From: Asterionella formosa
Taxonomy: Eukaryota
NCBI GenBank assembly: GCA_002256025.1
Contig: NKIB01013667.1
Location: 1 to 53,863 of the forward strand
DNA: 53,863 bases
Reading direction: 5' to 3'
Shown: positions 31,729 through 43,002 of the stretch, piece after piece
How positions within the stretch are numbered: the first letter of the stretch is position 1
Layout of the letters: the number at the start of each line of letters is the position of its first letter
Made by a program: the position numbers and the translations under genes
Notes under the pieces: generated by a model
Databases searched by the model: none
Seen by the model: only the letters and a program-made list of their open reading frames with translations
What the model was told of the DNA's origin: nothing

Positions 31729-32069
31729 TATATTTTTATAACCAAAAGCTCTACCATTTTTTCTTTGGGCTGTTCTTTTTTATTTGGATTGGGTATCACA
31801 ATATTTGAAAAAGGATCATGCAATGGCTAGTCAATTTAAGCTGATCATTTTCGTTATCCACATCAAAAAAATTGCATCACCAAAAAGAATCACAAATTTT
31901 CAATGGTAAGCAACAGGCTGCCTGCAACATATGTTTTTCCCTTCAGACTATTTTGATAGTTTACTCAGTACTACTGAAAAAAAATTTAGGAAATCTTTGC
32001 ATATGAAGTTGATATGATGTATTGACTAAATGTACTGATAGTTTGGTTTGCACCTTAAGTTATAAATAT

Positions 32070-33110
32070 ACATCAATCAATCATGTCATCACTGCTTATT
32101 GATGAAGAGGACCATCATTATCTGAGTGAAGATGATGATTACATTTTCAATGATGACAATGATAACAAAAGCATTAAACACATCTTCCTCATTTGCCATG
32201 GAAAAAACGAAGGCCAAATGGGGAACTGACGGAATCTCATGGTACTATCATGTCGAGAAGCTCAATCATGAGGATGCTTTTGAGAAGACATGATATATAG
32301 ATGGAATTGGTTTCCTTATTAGAGAATGAGGTTAAAGGAAATCATTCCAAGTGTGGCTCAGCTGAGCCAATCCATCCAGAAATTTTGATGGTGATTGGCA
32401 TTCGATAGTTGGCTGGAGGCAGCTACATTGATATTCAACATGCCTATGGATGTAGCATTGGCTCAATATATAGATGCCGAGATCTATTCCTTGACGCTGT
32501 GCTTAACTGTGAGGATTTCAAGATTGTTTTCCCAAAAACAAGGAGTAATTTGACCGAATTGGCTACAGCCATGGAAGAGAAGAGTACAGAAGGGTCGATC
32601 AGAGGGCGTGTCAGTGCCATCGACGGTTTTCTAGCCATAAAAAGCCGCGCCGTGCTATGTTATGTGACTATGGAAACAATCCTGGGGCTTTTTATTCATG
32701 CCATTACATGACTTATGGGATCAATGTTCAGGCAGTCTGTGATGTTGAGAGTGGATTTATTTTCTTCATTTGAGAGAACTTACCTACCCAACCGAATTGC
32801 ATATTTTGAAACTGGATTCTAATCTTATTAGTGATGCTGCATAAACCTTGTCAAATGTCTTGTTAGTTCCATTTTTTGGTTCCCAGAGCGATGACTGCAC
32901 ATCCTTATCTTTCAGCTTTTTTTGCACAACATGGTATCATTTCCGGGTTTCGAGCAAAATTGATACAGGTTTCTATCTTGTAGGTGATGCTGCATACACA
33001 TTGCTGGATGTCATGTTAGTTTCATTTTTCGTTCCCAGCGTGATGACTGCGCGTTGTTATCATTCAGCATTTTTCGTGCAAAGTGGTATCATTTCCGGGT
33101 TTCGAGCCAA
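32070..33110 (+). pseudogene. Decayed Harbinger/PIF (DDE_Tnp_4) transposase
   Basis: LAGGSY.DI...YG, IVFP, AIDG, YGINVQAVCD, YLVGDAAYTL; stops, frameshifts and an internal ~150-bp duplication (~32810-32960 / ~32965-33110). Confidence 0.8.
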
Positions 33111-34227
33111 AAATAACTGTTGGTATCGATTTTGGGTATTAGCAACGGTTCCCTTAGTGGTATCGATGCAGAATCATTGATACCAAAATGATACCTTTTT
33201 TATCCCTCCAAAAAAGATATCAGTGATACTGGCAAATTCAGGCGACTAGCATTTCCATTGTCAATGATAAGCAAAAAGACCCGAAAATACACCTGCAGGG
33301 CACTGAGCTTTAGGACTTAAAAATAAAAATTTATAACGGTTTTTGAATCAAAACAACACCATAAAAATCATTCTGGCAGCAACAGACAGAAACTGATTGT
33401 ACCAGTTTCTGTCTTGATTCTTGACAAACTGCCACTGGCTTAATCATTGATGTCTATATACTTTATGGTGTAGACCAAAGAACTACAAGTATATATGATA
33501 GTCTATAGATTATATCAAGTACACATGCATAGATTTTTTTCTACGTGTTTTTAGTACTGTTTACCTATCAATATAATTATAAGGGGAAAACACATGTTTC
33601 TAGCCAGCCTGTTACCGCTGAAATTTTGTGATACTTTTTGATGAATTTTTATTTTTTTTATTTCATGTAGATAATGAATATTTTCAGTTTAAATCGAGTA
33701 GCCATTGCATGATACTTATTCAAATATTATGATACCTTATCAAAAATAATGAGAGCACATATTAAAGAAGCTGCATCAGATAAATATCACATGGTACCTA
33801 CCACCTAAAAACTGAGAGCTAGCTATGTTTTGAGATTTGACCTGCTGCGAGCCAACATTTGATCAAGTAACTCACATTTTGGATTCAATTTACTACTACT
33901 AGTGACAAACAATTTTAAAGAAGCAATGTTATAATATGTTTTACAATGACAGATAATGTTCATACTTTGATCTCATCATCTGCTTATGTTCCTTCCATAT
34001 TTAGGCAGCCACATGAATGGTTACAAGTGGTGAGAAATGCTGGGTAATAACTAAGTTGTAAATCAGTGATCTTGATTGGATTATAGAAAATGAACGGAAA
34101 CAAATTGTGATGCGAACTAGAAATGAAAATATCAATTTTCCGAAAAATGCTGCATGATAGTAAGAACCCCTAAGAATGAAGATAGAAAACTTCTACCCGG
34201 TACCCAAATACAACTGGCAAAAAGCGA

Positions 34228-34309
34228 TGCATTCTGTGGGATTTGAACCCACGCGTACGAATACATTCGAACTTGAGTCGAACCCCTTAGACCGCTCGGG
34301 CAAGAATGC
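34228..34309 (-). tRNA. tRNA-Leu(CAA), identical to 31647-31728
   Basis: Exact reverse complement; followed on the - strand by TTTTT. Confidence 0.95.
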
Positions 34310-34615
34310 GTTATTCCCTTAGAGAAACGGGTGCCATTTGTCGCAGATCATATTATTTATTAGCTACAAATTGTAAGAAATGGTCACTGAAGGGTCGTCG
34401 CACGATTGCCTCACAATCTTGATGCTGGTACCTGGTACCCTTAGTACTAGGACGCTGTAGCATTCTTACACGACACCCTGGTACCACTCCATCCTTCCTC
34501 TCATAATGCAATGAAACACATTTGCATACACGCACGCATAGAAAACGAATTTACCGGTGCTTCCTTGTTTGGTGTAACCACTTACCGTTATACATACTGA
34601 TGCAGTAGCCTACTT

Positions 34616-34705
34616 GCAAGTTGAAGTCAATTTGCTTAAATAAACAAAATGATATGGGACAAAGATAGCTAACCTTTTAGTGTCAGCACAATTACCGCAA
34701 CTTGT
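34616..34705. mobile_element. ~90-bp MITE-like element, copy 1
   Basis: GCAAGTTG...CAACTTG ends; homologous to 51235-51322. Confidence 0.6.
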
Positions 34706-35172
34706 TGGAGTACCTATTATACCAGATATTCTAAATTCTAAAGAATAAATAGACCCAGGTACTCCTAATTGAACAGGGATCGGTACTTCGCCAGTACCGG
34801 TACACCATAATGCAAATATGTGTACATACGCAGAGTCAATACTTCATTACCCAGTACTCGGTTGTTATTCATTTTTATTCCGGTATATACAAAAGGATAT
34901 TTTTTCTTGGTGTATAATTCAAGAAGTCATACCTGCTAGGTACCCTGGTACCTCGTACTCCTACCTGGTAGGGTAAAGCAAATGAGCGCGATGGGTTCGC
35001 CTGGTGACTGATGTGATGGCGTTGCTTCGCTCATTGATTTCTGGCGGTCAACAGTACCGGTTTAATATGTGCGCATGCAAAATAATTAAATGCTATTATT
35101 CCTCATTAGCTCGTGCTACAATAGCTCACAAAAACGATCTGTTCTCGTGTCAACCCATGAGACAAGTTTGAT

Positions 35173-36238
35173 ATGCTCGCACTACTTCTGATTCGTTTCA
35201 GTTTTCACTTGGCACTCATTGCTCCATGTGCTCTTGGGTTCGGAACTTTGAAGCCAGCCAATGGACAAAGGAGCGTTTGGCTAACGTCGCCTTCCTCCAG
35301 CAGCAGCAGCAGAATAGCAAATTATCCTCTAGTGCCTTGCACATTAACATCACTGCATGCTATCGGTGGGATTGATCAAGCCACTGTTGCGGATCTAGCT
35401 CAATCTTTGTTTCGATATTCCGGAAAGGTTCCATTCTTTGAAGCTCTCGGGATCAACGCTGTTTTGTTCGCTGCTCTCAAACCCAAACTTTTCAAGATGC
35501 TGACCCCTTCTGGATATGTCAATTCTTTCTTTCTCGGGACCATGCTTTGGAACACATTAGGATGGAGAGGCTGGACTCTTTGTGTGTGTTACCTATTTCT
35601 CGGACAAGCAGTCACCAAGGTCAGATTCACCGAAAAGGAAAATATGGGCATTGCGGAGGCTCGGGGAGGTCGACGAGGACCTGAAAATGTTTGGTAGGTT
35701 ACTGTTTCGTATATTCTTGAACGCGGTTTTGTACTCGCGCTCTCTAAATTTTTCGATCTTCAGGGGATCGGCTGCAACTGGTTTGGTGTGTGCTGTTTGT
35801 GCCGCTCAAGGCGAAACGTTCCTCGGCATTTCCAAAGAGTTATTCCTCCTCGCCTATGTTGCTTCTTTAGCTACCAAACTCGCGGACACATTTGCATCGG
35901 AAATCGGCAAGGCTTACGGTAGAACCACCTTTCTTATAACAACTTTCGAAAGGGTCAACCCTGGAACCGAAGGCGCAATCTCGGCTGAAGGAAGTGCGGC
36001 ATCCGTGGTGGGAGGTCTGCTGTTGGCAACTTATGGCTATTTTGTGGGGTTGATTGACTTGCCCAGTGTGGGGATAGCCACCGTTGCAGCATTCTTGGCA
36101 ACCAACGTCGAAAGCTTGATTGGTGCGACATTGCAAGAAAAGAAGGGATTCAAGTGGATGACTAATGAAGTTGTCAATTTTATCAATACACTCGTTGGCG
36201 CTGGATTTGCTATTTTTGGTGGAATGGCCTTGTTGTAA
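35173..36238 (+). CDS. DUF92/TMEM19 membrane protein, VTE6 (phytyl-phosphate kinase)-like, probably plastid targeted; exons 35173-35693 and 35764-36238
   Basis: LTPSG, K...GIAEARGGRRGPENV|WGSAA, KLADTFASEIGKAYGRTTFLITTF..V.PGTEGAIS.EG, ESLIGA.LQ, NEVVNF.NT; 70-bp GT-AG intron. Confidence 0.85.
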
Positions 36239-36552
36239 GAACTTCGTTTAATGATTATGCTACGGCTATTAAGATAAGGTCATCTGCATATATCGTTCTC
36301 CATCATGTGTGAGAAATATCACTCCTTTTCTTTGTCCCTCTGGTAGCCTTGTAGCCTGTATAGATCTGTTGGTTGGGAAAAAGCCAGAAATGTTGCATGA
36401 ATAGCTCATGTGCAAGTTGTTTGCTGACAAGTCCTTCGCCAGCCTACAATCCAGGTTGAGACTAGGCATCCTTTTTAAGTCCCCATGATACCAACTGTGA
36501 TCATTTCATTTCAAGAATAAATGTTAAACTTGTACACTACAATGTCATCAAA

Positions 36553-38094
36553 TCACATTAATTCAATTTGTTCAACTCCTTCTGCCAACTCATACTTTTC
36601 TCGATTGTCCGATGTTCTTGTTCTCTTGATAATTAACAGGGTGCACAGTACCACTGAAAAAGCTAGAATGATAGCAGCAAAAGTGAAATATCGATACGAT
36701 TCACCCCTAAGTTCCATAGGTAACTCGCTTTGCGGCGTAGCAACTCTTTGGTGATCTTGGATGTCCGTATAGCAATCCAATGATCCAGGATACTGGGTCA
36801 GGATGGAAAACATTCGATTTCTCATGCTTGATCGAACTGAATTCAACGATGAAACCACCGTGGTCTCGATCGAAGAGTTAATGTAGGAAGTAAGATTGTA
36901 TATCGGAAGGGTGAGGCTCATGGGTACTGATTCTAGTATGCCTGTCGTGTTGAGCTCCCACTTCGACTCGTGCCCAGTAAAATACACAGGATACAAGTAA
37001 GAGAGTTCCAGTGTATCAGACTGCTCATTGTACATGAAATGCATTCCTCCTCCTGGTGGAGTTGGTACGTATTCACCGATACTATCTTTACCAGATAGGT
37101 AAGGGGGTCTTAGCTTCCATCGTAGCCCGAGAGCTGATGCAACGGCGTCAATGGTCGAGTCATGTCCCACCAAGACAGTTGCACATAAATCATAGTCATC
37201 TGGACATGACAGTTCACCAAATTGTCCGCCTTCCATCGATTTCAGGATGAACTCGGCTATCACGGCTCCCTGAGTTGTAACCTCCACATTATCAATGCTC
37301 AGGACACTCCTCGACCAACTCACCCATTCTAATATTTGGTAAACATCCTCCAGTGTCGCTTTTTGTAGGAATGGATGATAAATTCCTGACGCTCGGGAAT
37401 AGAACATCATTTCCCCAAACAACTTCACGACATTCACGGCTCCTGCAAGCTTCAACTCTGTGCGATTCAGGCTATAATCCGAGCGAGGCTCAATGGAACC
37501 TAATTTTCCAGCTTTTCCCACTCCTCCGAGTGCCTCAATCAATTTTAACATTTCGATAAGTCCTGGTTCTGGTGGTAGCACGTCCTTAATTCGTTGCTCT
37601 ATATCATCTGCAGTTTGATTTGTTGAAAAGTACGTTGCACACCTCGTTGTGGTAGAAAGTTCGTCTGGTTCAAGCGGCTCAAAGAGCGCATGATCCAAAC
37701 GCAGGTCGGCCAACCCGTCCACCTGCAAGCCTTGAAATTTCCGAGCCGCATCCTGCATTCCAAGTGACATAGCTAATGCAGTATCAACATCCCGCTGCGA
37801 TGTGTCAGCGAGGAACTGAACTTTGATATTCTTTGCCGCTTCACCGTCTCGCAAAAGGATGTTCTCCAGCACAAACGCTCCTGTATTCCGCATAATTTCA
37901 ATGCCAGTCTCTGTGCACCATTCCTCCGGAGTGTTCCATTTCGGTATTTTTTTGGTGGTATAATCAGCAGCATGTTTTAACGCGTCTTGGTTTCCATTAT
38001 ATAATTTGACTTTCGACTTTGTGGATCTCACACAGTGCCGGAATAGAAATGTGTGGCGCTTCCGTTCACGGCTGACACTCCCATCAGCGCTCAT
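36553..38094 (-). CDS. Histidine acid phosphatase/phytase-like protein with C-terminal TM anchor (start codon uncertain)
   Basis: FRHCVRS (RHGxR-like), AD.SQR..DTA, VGHDS (HD motif), PTPPG; TM FTFAAIILAFSVVLCTLLII. Confidence 0.7.
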   Translation of the reverse strand: MSADGSVSRERKRHTFLFRHCVRSTKSKVKLYNGNQDALKHAADYTTKKIPKWNTPEEWCTETGIEIMRNTGAFVLENILLRDGEAAKNIKVQFLADTSQRDVDTALAMSLGMQDAARKFQGLQVDGLADLRLDHALFEPLEPDELSTTTRCATYFSTNQTADDIEQRIKDVLPPEPGLIEMLKLIEALGGVGKAGKLGSIEPRSDYSLNRTELKLAGAVNVVKLFGEMMFYSRASGIYHPFLQKATLEDVYQILEWVSWSRSVLSIDNVEVTTQGAVIAEFILKSMEGGQFGELSCPDDYDLCATVLVGHDSTIDAVASALGLRWKLRPPYLSGKDSIGEYVPTPPGGGMHFMYNEQSDTLELSYLYPVYFTGHESKWELNTTGILESVPMSLTLPIYNLTSYINSSIETTVVSSLNSVRSSMRNRMFSILTQYPGSLDCYTDIQDHQRVATPQSELPMELRGESYRYFTFAAIILAFSVVLCTLLIIKRTRTSDNREKYELAEGVEQIELM

Positions 38095-38444
38095 AGCTTG
38101 AGTATCTGTGGCTTCTTCAAGAGAGCGCAATGCTCATGGCACCCAGATTTAATGGTGACCCACTGCAGTAGCAAACGAGGGGAGAGAAGACTGGCGAAAG
38201 AAGGGACCGTCAGAAGCACGACACAACAAAACAAGCACAGTGATGACTTCGGCTTTTGTTTCTATCTACCAAACAGGGAGCGGACTGATAAACCGGTACT
38301 GTACCAGGTACTGTATACCTGTGTTTTGTATCATATGATAAATGATGTATACGGGTAGAATTATCAAATAGATGGCATGATGATGTTGTTCGTCTTAAAA
38401 GCAGTTCAACCGGACAAAGTAACCTGGTACCAGGCAGTCTGGTC

Positions 38445-38775
38445 GTTTGTTTGACTCCTCCGACTCTAGATAAATTTGATCCAATTTCAAATCCATTTGT
38501 TCAAGTGTGTCAGAGAAACATCAATCAAGTTAGCTGTCATGTTAAAATTCTGATCAAACGATTCTGTCAGAAAATATGATAAGAATAATAAAGCTATAAA
38601 GTGATTTCAATGAGTCACAGCCATTTATACTTTTTTTGGATAAATGTACTAGTATATACATTTATTTACATTTTCGAGGATGGATTTGGTCATGTGTTAA
38701 AGTACTTGTGATGCATGATGTTATTACACAACTTTGACTACGCACCAGTAACCTCGTATGATGCATATGCATGAT
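38445..38775 (+). repeat. Dispersed repeat family B, copy 2
   Basis: Direct homology to 21563-21910. Confidence 0.8.
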
Positions 38776-38779
38776 TCAA

Positions 38780-39810
38780 TGACTCTTAGCAGACCCAAAT
38801 CGATTTTTGCTTTCCATATGGTGAATCATAAGTCTTCATGATATGATGATAGATTATCCTGTACAACAAACAGTAGTATGTATGCTCTTTAGGGGAATGG
38901 TTAAGTTGGTTGGCTGGGCATATTGCCTTTCATTTAAGGTTTTGTGGCTCGATTCCCGCAATTTTTTGAGAAGCAATAGTTGGGTTCAACTCCAACACTC
39001 CTCACTGCTGTCCTGCGCAATCTTGCCTGGGGGTGTGCAAAAAAGTGGGTCGCCCCTGCCTACAAGCAGTGTGTAGCCTTCCTAAGTTGTCAGAGTTTCC
39101 CTAACACTACGGCTAAGACGATCACCTATGATAACAAAAATAGGGAAGCACACAGACTTGTTGGCAGGCCATTCTATGAAATTCCACATGTAACTCCATG
39201 GTCCTAAATAGCAAAGTGAGTTTCAATTTTCTTAATATGCATGCACTTTTTAAACTAGTTGACAAACCTGGCCAAATTTTTCGTTTTCGATTAAATGCTC
39301 AGTGGATCCAAATGAAGGTTCCCTTTCCATGTGAATTCTTTTTTTGTCATGACAATACTTTGTTGAGCAAAACTCGACCCACTTTGAAATGATTTTTAAC
39401 ATAAGAATCTGTCCACAAACCCCAAATCAATTATCGCTTTACTTCCATTCATGTGAATCCTTTGTCATTGTTATGGTATATTTTATCGAACAACTCAAAA
39501 AATAATGCAGGTCCTTGTTCATACAAGTCAATGCAAATCATAAAATTTTTCGAGTTGGTGCATCGAGAACAATGTATACCACCAGGTCAACCATACAAAT
39601 TCATGTACAATTTCATACATGCATTAGACATGTTGTAATGTGCTGACCAATTTCGACATCAAGTATGGCATACAAACGGATTCTGGATTCCGTCATGTTG
39701 TACACTAATGTGTAGAATGCATTACTATATGTGACATGTTCATATCTTAGTACCTACTACATAAATTTCAAAGTTTCCGGTAAAACTGATATGCAACTCG
39801 TCAACTGCTA
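38780..39810 (+). repeat. Dispersed repeat family A, copy 2 (interrupted by a SINE-like insertion)
   Basis: Inverted homology to 19490-20230 on both sides of 38891-39235. Confidence 0.75.
38891..39235 (+). mobile_element. tRNA-derived SINE-like element with ~14-bp target-site duplication
   Basis: Head GGGGAATGGTTAAGTTGG...GGCTCGATTCCC; flanks tatgtatgctcttt (38877-38890) / tatgcatgcacttt (39236-39249); absent from the other host-repeat copy. Confidence 0.65.
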
Positions 39811-40080
39811 TCACTTAGCTACGATAGACTCATGTAATGTGCAAATGATAAGAAGACCTCCAAGCTAATATGCACTCACCGGTATATCCAAATAAACCCC
39901 AGAGGACAAAGAAAGTTTAAAAATTTGCCTATCAGCAGGGTTATTCCTGGAAATTCCTTGGAAATCGGCATTTGTAGGAGCTAATTTTGAAAAAACAATG
40001 ATTTCATTTGAATTATTTAAATCTGATTGTGGAAATTGGTGCATTTACGAAAATATTGAGTAAAAATTCCTTCACAAGAC

Positions 40081-40200
40081 TTCTACCAGTATTCAAATGA
40101 AAGTGTTTTGGTATGTAGTGATTGTGATTACAATTCACAAGAATCCCACTGGTATTCTTATGAAGGCGTTTTGGTATGTAGTGATTCTGATTCCAATATT
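40081..40200 (+). repeat. ~63-bp tandem duplication
   Basis: atgaa.g.gttttggtatgtagtgatt.tgatt.caat occurs twice. Confidence 0.8.
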
Positions 40201-40314
40201 TTGGAAACTGTTGGAAAAGCCAATGATGAGTGATTGCTCAACATTGGCAGGATTTAAAGGCAAAAAATACATAGTTTACCTTTGTGTAAGAATAAAATGT
40301 AACTTCTGGGGAGG

Positions 40315-40600
40315 AAGTGCAGAAGGAACTTTGGTGTTTTAGTATGCCAAAATGGTAAGCCCCTGTTTTCAGGTCTTTTTAGCATTGTAAAAAGCCACAT
40401 TTCCTTTCTGCACCCTTACCAGATAGTATAAACAGACATGATAGCAAGTGGACATAAACCTATATGAAAAGGTTTTTCAAATGATGAGAGCTCTGTTTAG
40501 AGTTAAACACATTTACTTTACTTGTGAAAAGTGTTTCTTGATTACTGGGTACTCTGAATTAAAAGATTAACCCTAGTTTGATGTAGGGTTTCAAATGCAG
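40315..40600. repeat. Repeat family C, copy 2
   Basis: gtgcagaaggaa / ttcctttctgcac inverted pair; aaccctagtttgatgtagggtt hairpin; homology to 28030-28370. Confidence 0.65.
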
Positions 40601-40853
40601 GAGCCTTAATGGTGAACTTGGTATATCTTATTGTTTCATGTATCCAGTAGGTTTGAACCCTCGTAATCATCCTTTTGAATCATAGAGATTATTTCCAAAG
40701 CTAAACTGGTATAGCTTCACTGCTTGGCATTCATATTATGATGGACTACATGATGAAAAAATCCATTAGAATAGCAAACAATGCATCAAGGACTGGTGAG
40801 CTGTGAAAAAACAGTACATGAGCGTTCTGGAATGTACTCCGTCATCCAGCTTG

Positions 40854-41597
40854 TTATTTATCCAGTAACTTTCGCTTCTTTCGAGATTGCAAGGGCGAGG
40901 GGTTACTTGTCTTTGACCGCTTCTGCTTGCCTGAACTAATGCCAGTGGTAGACTTGTCGACTTTAGCCTTGAGTGTCAAATCATCTCCCCCCGATGCATG
41001 AATCCGTGCTGCTGTCCACAAGGCACGACCAACTTTTCTAGGTGTCCAGTCTAACGCATTTCCAATGGCAGCACATTTCTCGTTCATATTTAAATAGATC
41101 TTGGTAGTGTACCCACGTTTACCTTCATGTAAGCATTCAATAACTTCATCGTCCATGAACGCAAAGGTTTCGGGTCTGTACAAACTTAGAAATGCCGAAG
41201 CTGTTGCTGGACCAACACCCTTAAGTGTGGAAAAAGCATCAATCGCTCCCTTCACATTATTGTCCTGGGCTAGTCTGGCTGCTTCATTCCAGACTTGTTT
41301 GACATCTTCCTCCGAATTCTGATTGAGGAATTTCTTGAGCGCATGTCGAGGCTTCCCCTTTGTAAACTTCCAGTCGATCACTTGCAAGAAATCGGCCTTG
41401 GACAAAGTATATGATCCTTCTCGGATCTTATCACCTAGACTCTGGCAAAATGTGTCCAGATTGGTGAGCTTAGAGCCTCCCTTGTCGTGAATCATTGCGC
41501 TGTATTGGCCTTCAATGCATTCCCAAAGCTCCTTTTCTCCCGTTTGTTTCGCAAGACGAACCGCTGCTTCGACACCAGGTCGCGAGTGCTTGGACAT
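40854..41597 (-). CDS. Uncharacterised helix-hairpin-helix protein (DNA-glycosylase-like fold) with basic C-terminal NLS
   Basis: WKF..GK.R..L, LKGVGPATASA.L, FMDDE, R..G.ALW; C-terminal RKKRK. Confidence 0.7.
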   Translation of the reverse strand: MSKHSRPGVEAAVRLAKQTGEKELWECIEGQYSAMIHDKGGSKLTNLDTFCQSLGDKIREGSYTLSKADFLQVIDWKFTKGKPRHALKKFLNQNSEEDVKQVWNEAARLAQDNNVKGAIDAFSTLKGVGPATASAFLSLYRPETFAFMDDEVIECLHEGKRGYTTKIYLNMNEKCAAIGNALDWTPRKVGRALWTAARIHASGGDDLTLKAKVDKSTTGISSGKQKRSKTSNPSPLQSRKKRKLLDK

Positions 41598-41875
41598 GCT
41601 TATTGTATTTCAGATGGAACGAAAAAATGTAGCAAGCGTGATTGTGGTCGACATAAGATAAAACCTAGGCTTCGTTTCTGTTTTCGATATCATTCAATGT
41701 GACTTTCACTTCTTGTACTATATTGGTACTGATATTGTATCGGATGAACAGACATACCGGTAGTCTAGTTTTACGTAGTACCAGCACACATAGTATTCTA
41801 TGACCACCTCTGGCACTACAAACGATCTTGTCGAATGATCATAATAACAAAAAGTTATTTCATTCGAGAACCAGC

Positions 41876-42871
41876 ATGGAGATACCGCATTCTCAGCAAT
41901 TCTTTGCCGCTTACACAGCGAAAGATTTGATACTGTATGCTCTCTCAATCGGCTACGGAGACGAAGACCTGAAGTTTGTTTTTGAGCATGATCCAGACTT
42001 CCAAGCCGTGCCGACGTTTCCATTCGTTCTCGCCTTTTGGGCGCATCAACAACAAATGGACCATGGACGAAGCTCTAATGACAGAATGCAGCCCTTTCCC
42101 CCAAACATGATGCAGGAAGTCGGCCTAATACCAGATATTTGTAGGAAGACAAGCTGCCTATTCGAAGGACCGGTCCTCCACACGTGGCAGTCGATCCGAT
42201 GGCATCAGGAGGTACCTGTCCCGCAAATAAGTGAACTGCATCGGACCGAGTACGACGCACCAGCAACCACCACAATAACATCTCGACCGCTGTCTGTAAC
42301 TCCAAAGCCAATTGGTACCTTTGTTACTTCAGAAACACGGATCGCCATGGCAGCAACGGGACAGCCGCTCTGCACCTTGATTGCAACGTCCTTGATGCTC
42401 GGCATGCCGGAGGACGATATCATAGCACTGTCCGGGAGCAGTCCGAAAAGAATCACTCCTTTTATTTCATCTTCCGCTCCGACCTTTGTGTGGAGATATA
42501 CAACACACTCAGCACAAGCGTTGCTGTATAGACTCGGCAGCGGCGATTCGAATAAGATTCATGTGGACTCGTCAGCTGCACTTTTATTGGATATTAATAC
42601 AAGCAAACCTATCTTGCATGGTCTATGTACACTAGGCATTGCAACAAGAGCCATACTGCAGTGTCTCGGTCAGAATACAAAGCTGATTTATCTAGAGGGT
42701 CAGTTTACTTTTCCAGTTTTTGTCGGTGATGCACTGGTTGTGAGCTTATGGGACAATCCAGAGAAACAGTCTATGCACTTTAAAGTTACCACGGAAGGAT
42801 CGGAAAAGGTGATTCTAGATAATGGCTATCTCGAATATGATCATGCTCATCGTTTAACTTCTCGATTATAA
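41876..42871 (+). CDS. Peroxisomal (R)-specific enoyl-CoA hydratase 2 (MaoC double hot-dog), PTS1 -SRL
   Basis: DLILYALSIG, PTF, ALLYRLGSGDSNKIHVD, PILHGLCTLG, F..PVF.GD; ends TSRL. Confidence 0.85.
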   Translation: MEIPHSQQFFAAYTAKDLILYALSIGYGDEDLKFVFEHDPDFQAVPTFPFVLAFWAHQQQMDHGRSSNDRMQPFPPNMMQEVGLIPDICRKTSCLFEGPVLHTWQSIRWHQEVPVPQISELHRTEYDAPATTTITSRPLSVTPKPIGTFVTSETRIAMAATGQPLCTLIATSLMLGMPEDDIIALSGSSPKRITPFISSSAPTFVWRYTTHSAQALLYRLGSGDSNKIHVDSSAALLLDINTSKPILHGLCTLGIATRAILQCLGQNTKLIYLEGQFTFPVFVGDALVVSLWDNPEKQSMHFKVTTEGSEKVILDNGYLEYDHAHRLTSRL

Positions 42872-43002
42872 ACAAATAATTTGTCGCTCCTATCTGGCAT
42901 TTACTTACAAACTACGGTTCTGCATGAAAGAGCAACTTTTATAAATGACTACCGTTAGGGATTCTTCTAGTTTCTGATGATCTTCATCACCATTACAGCC
43001 CT

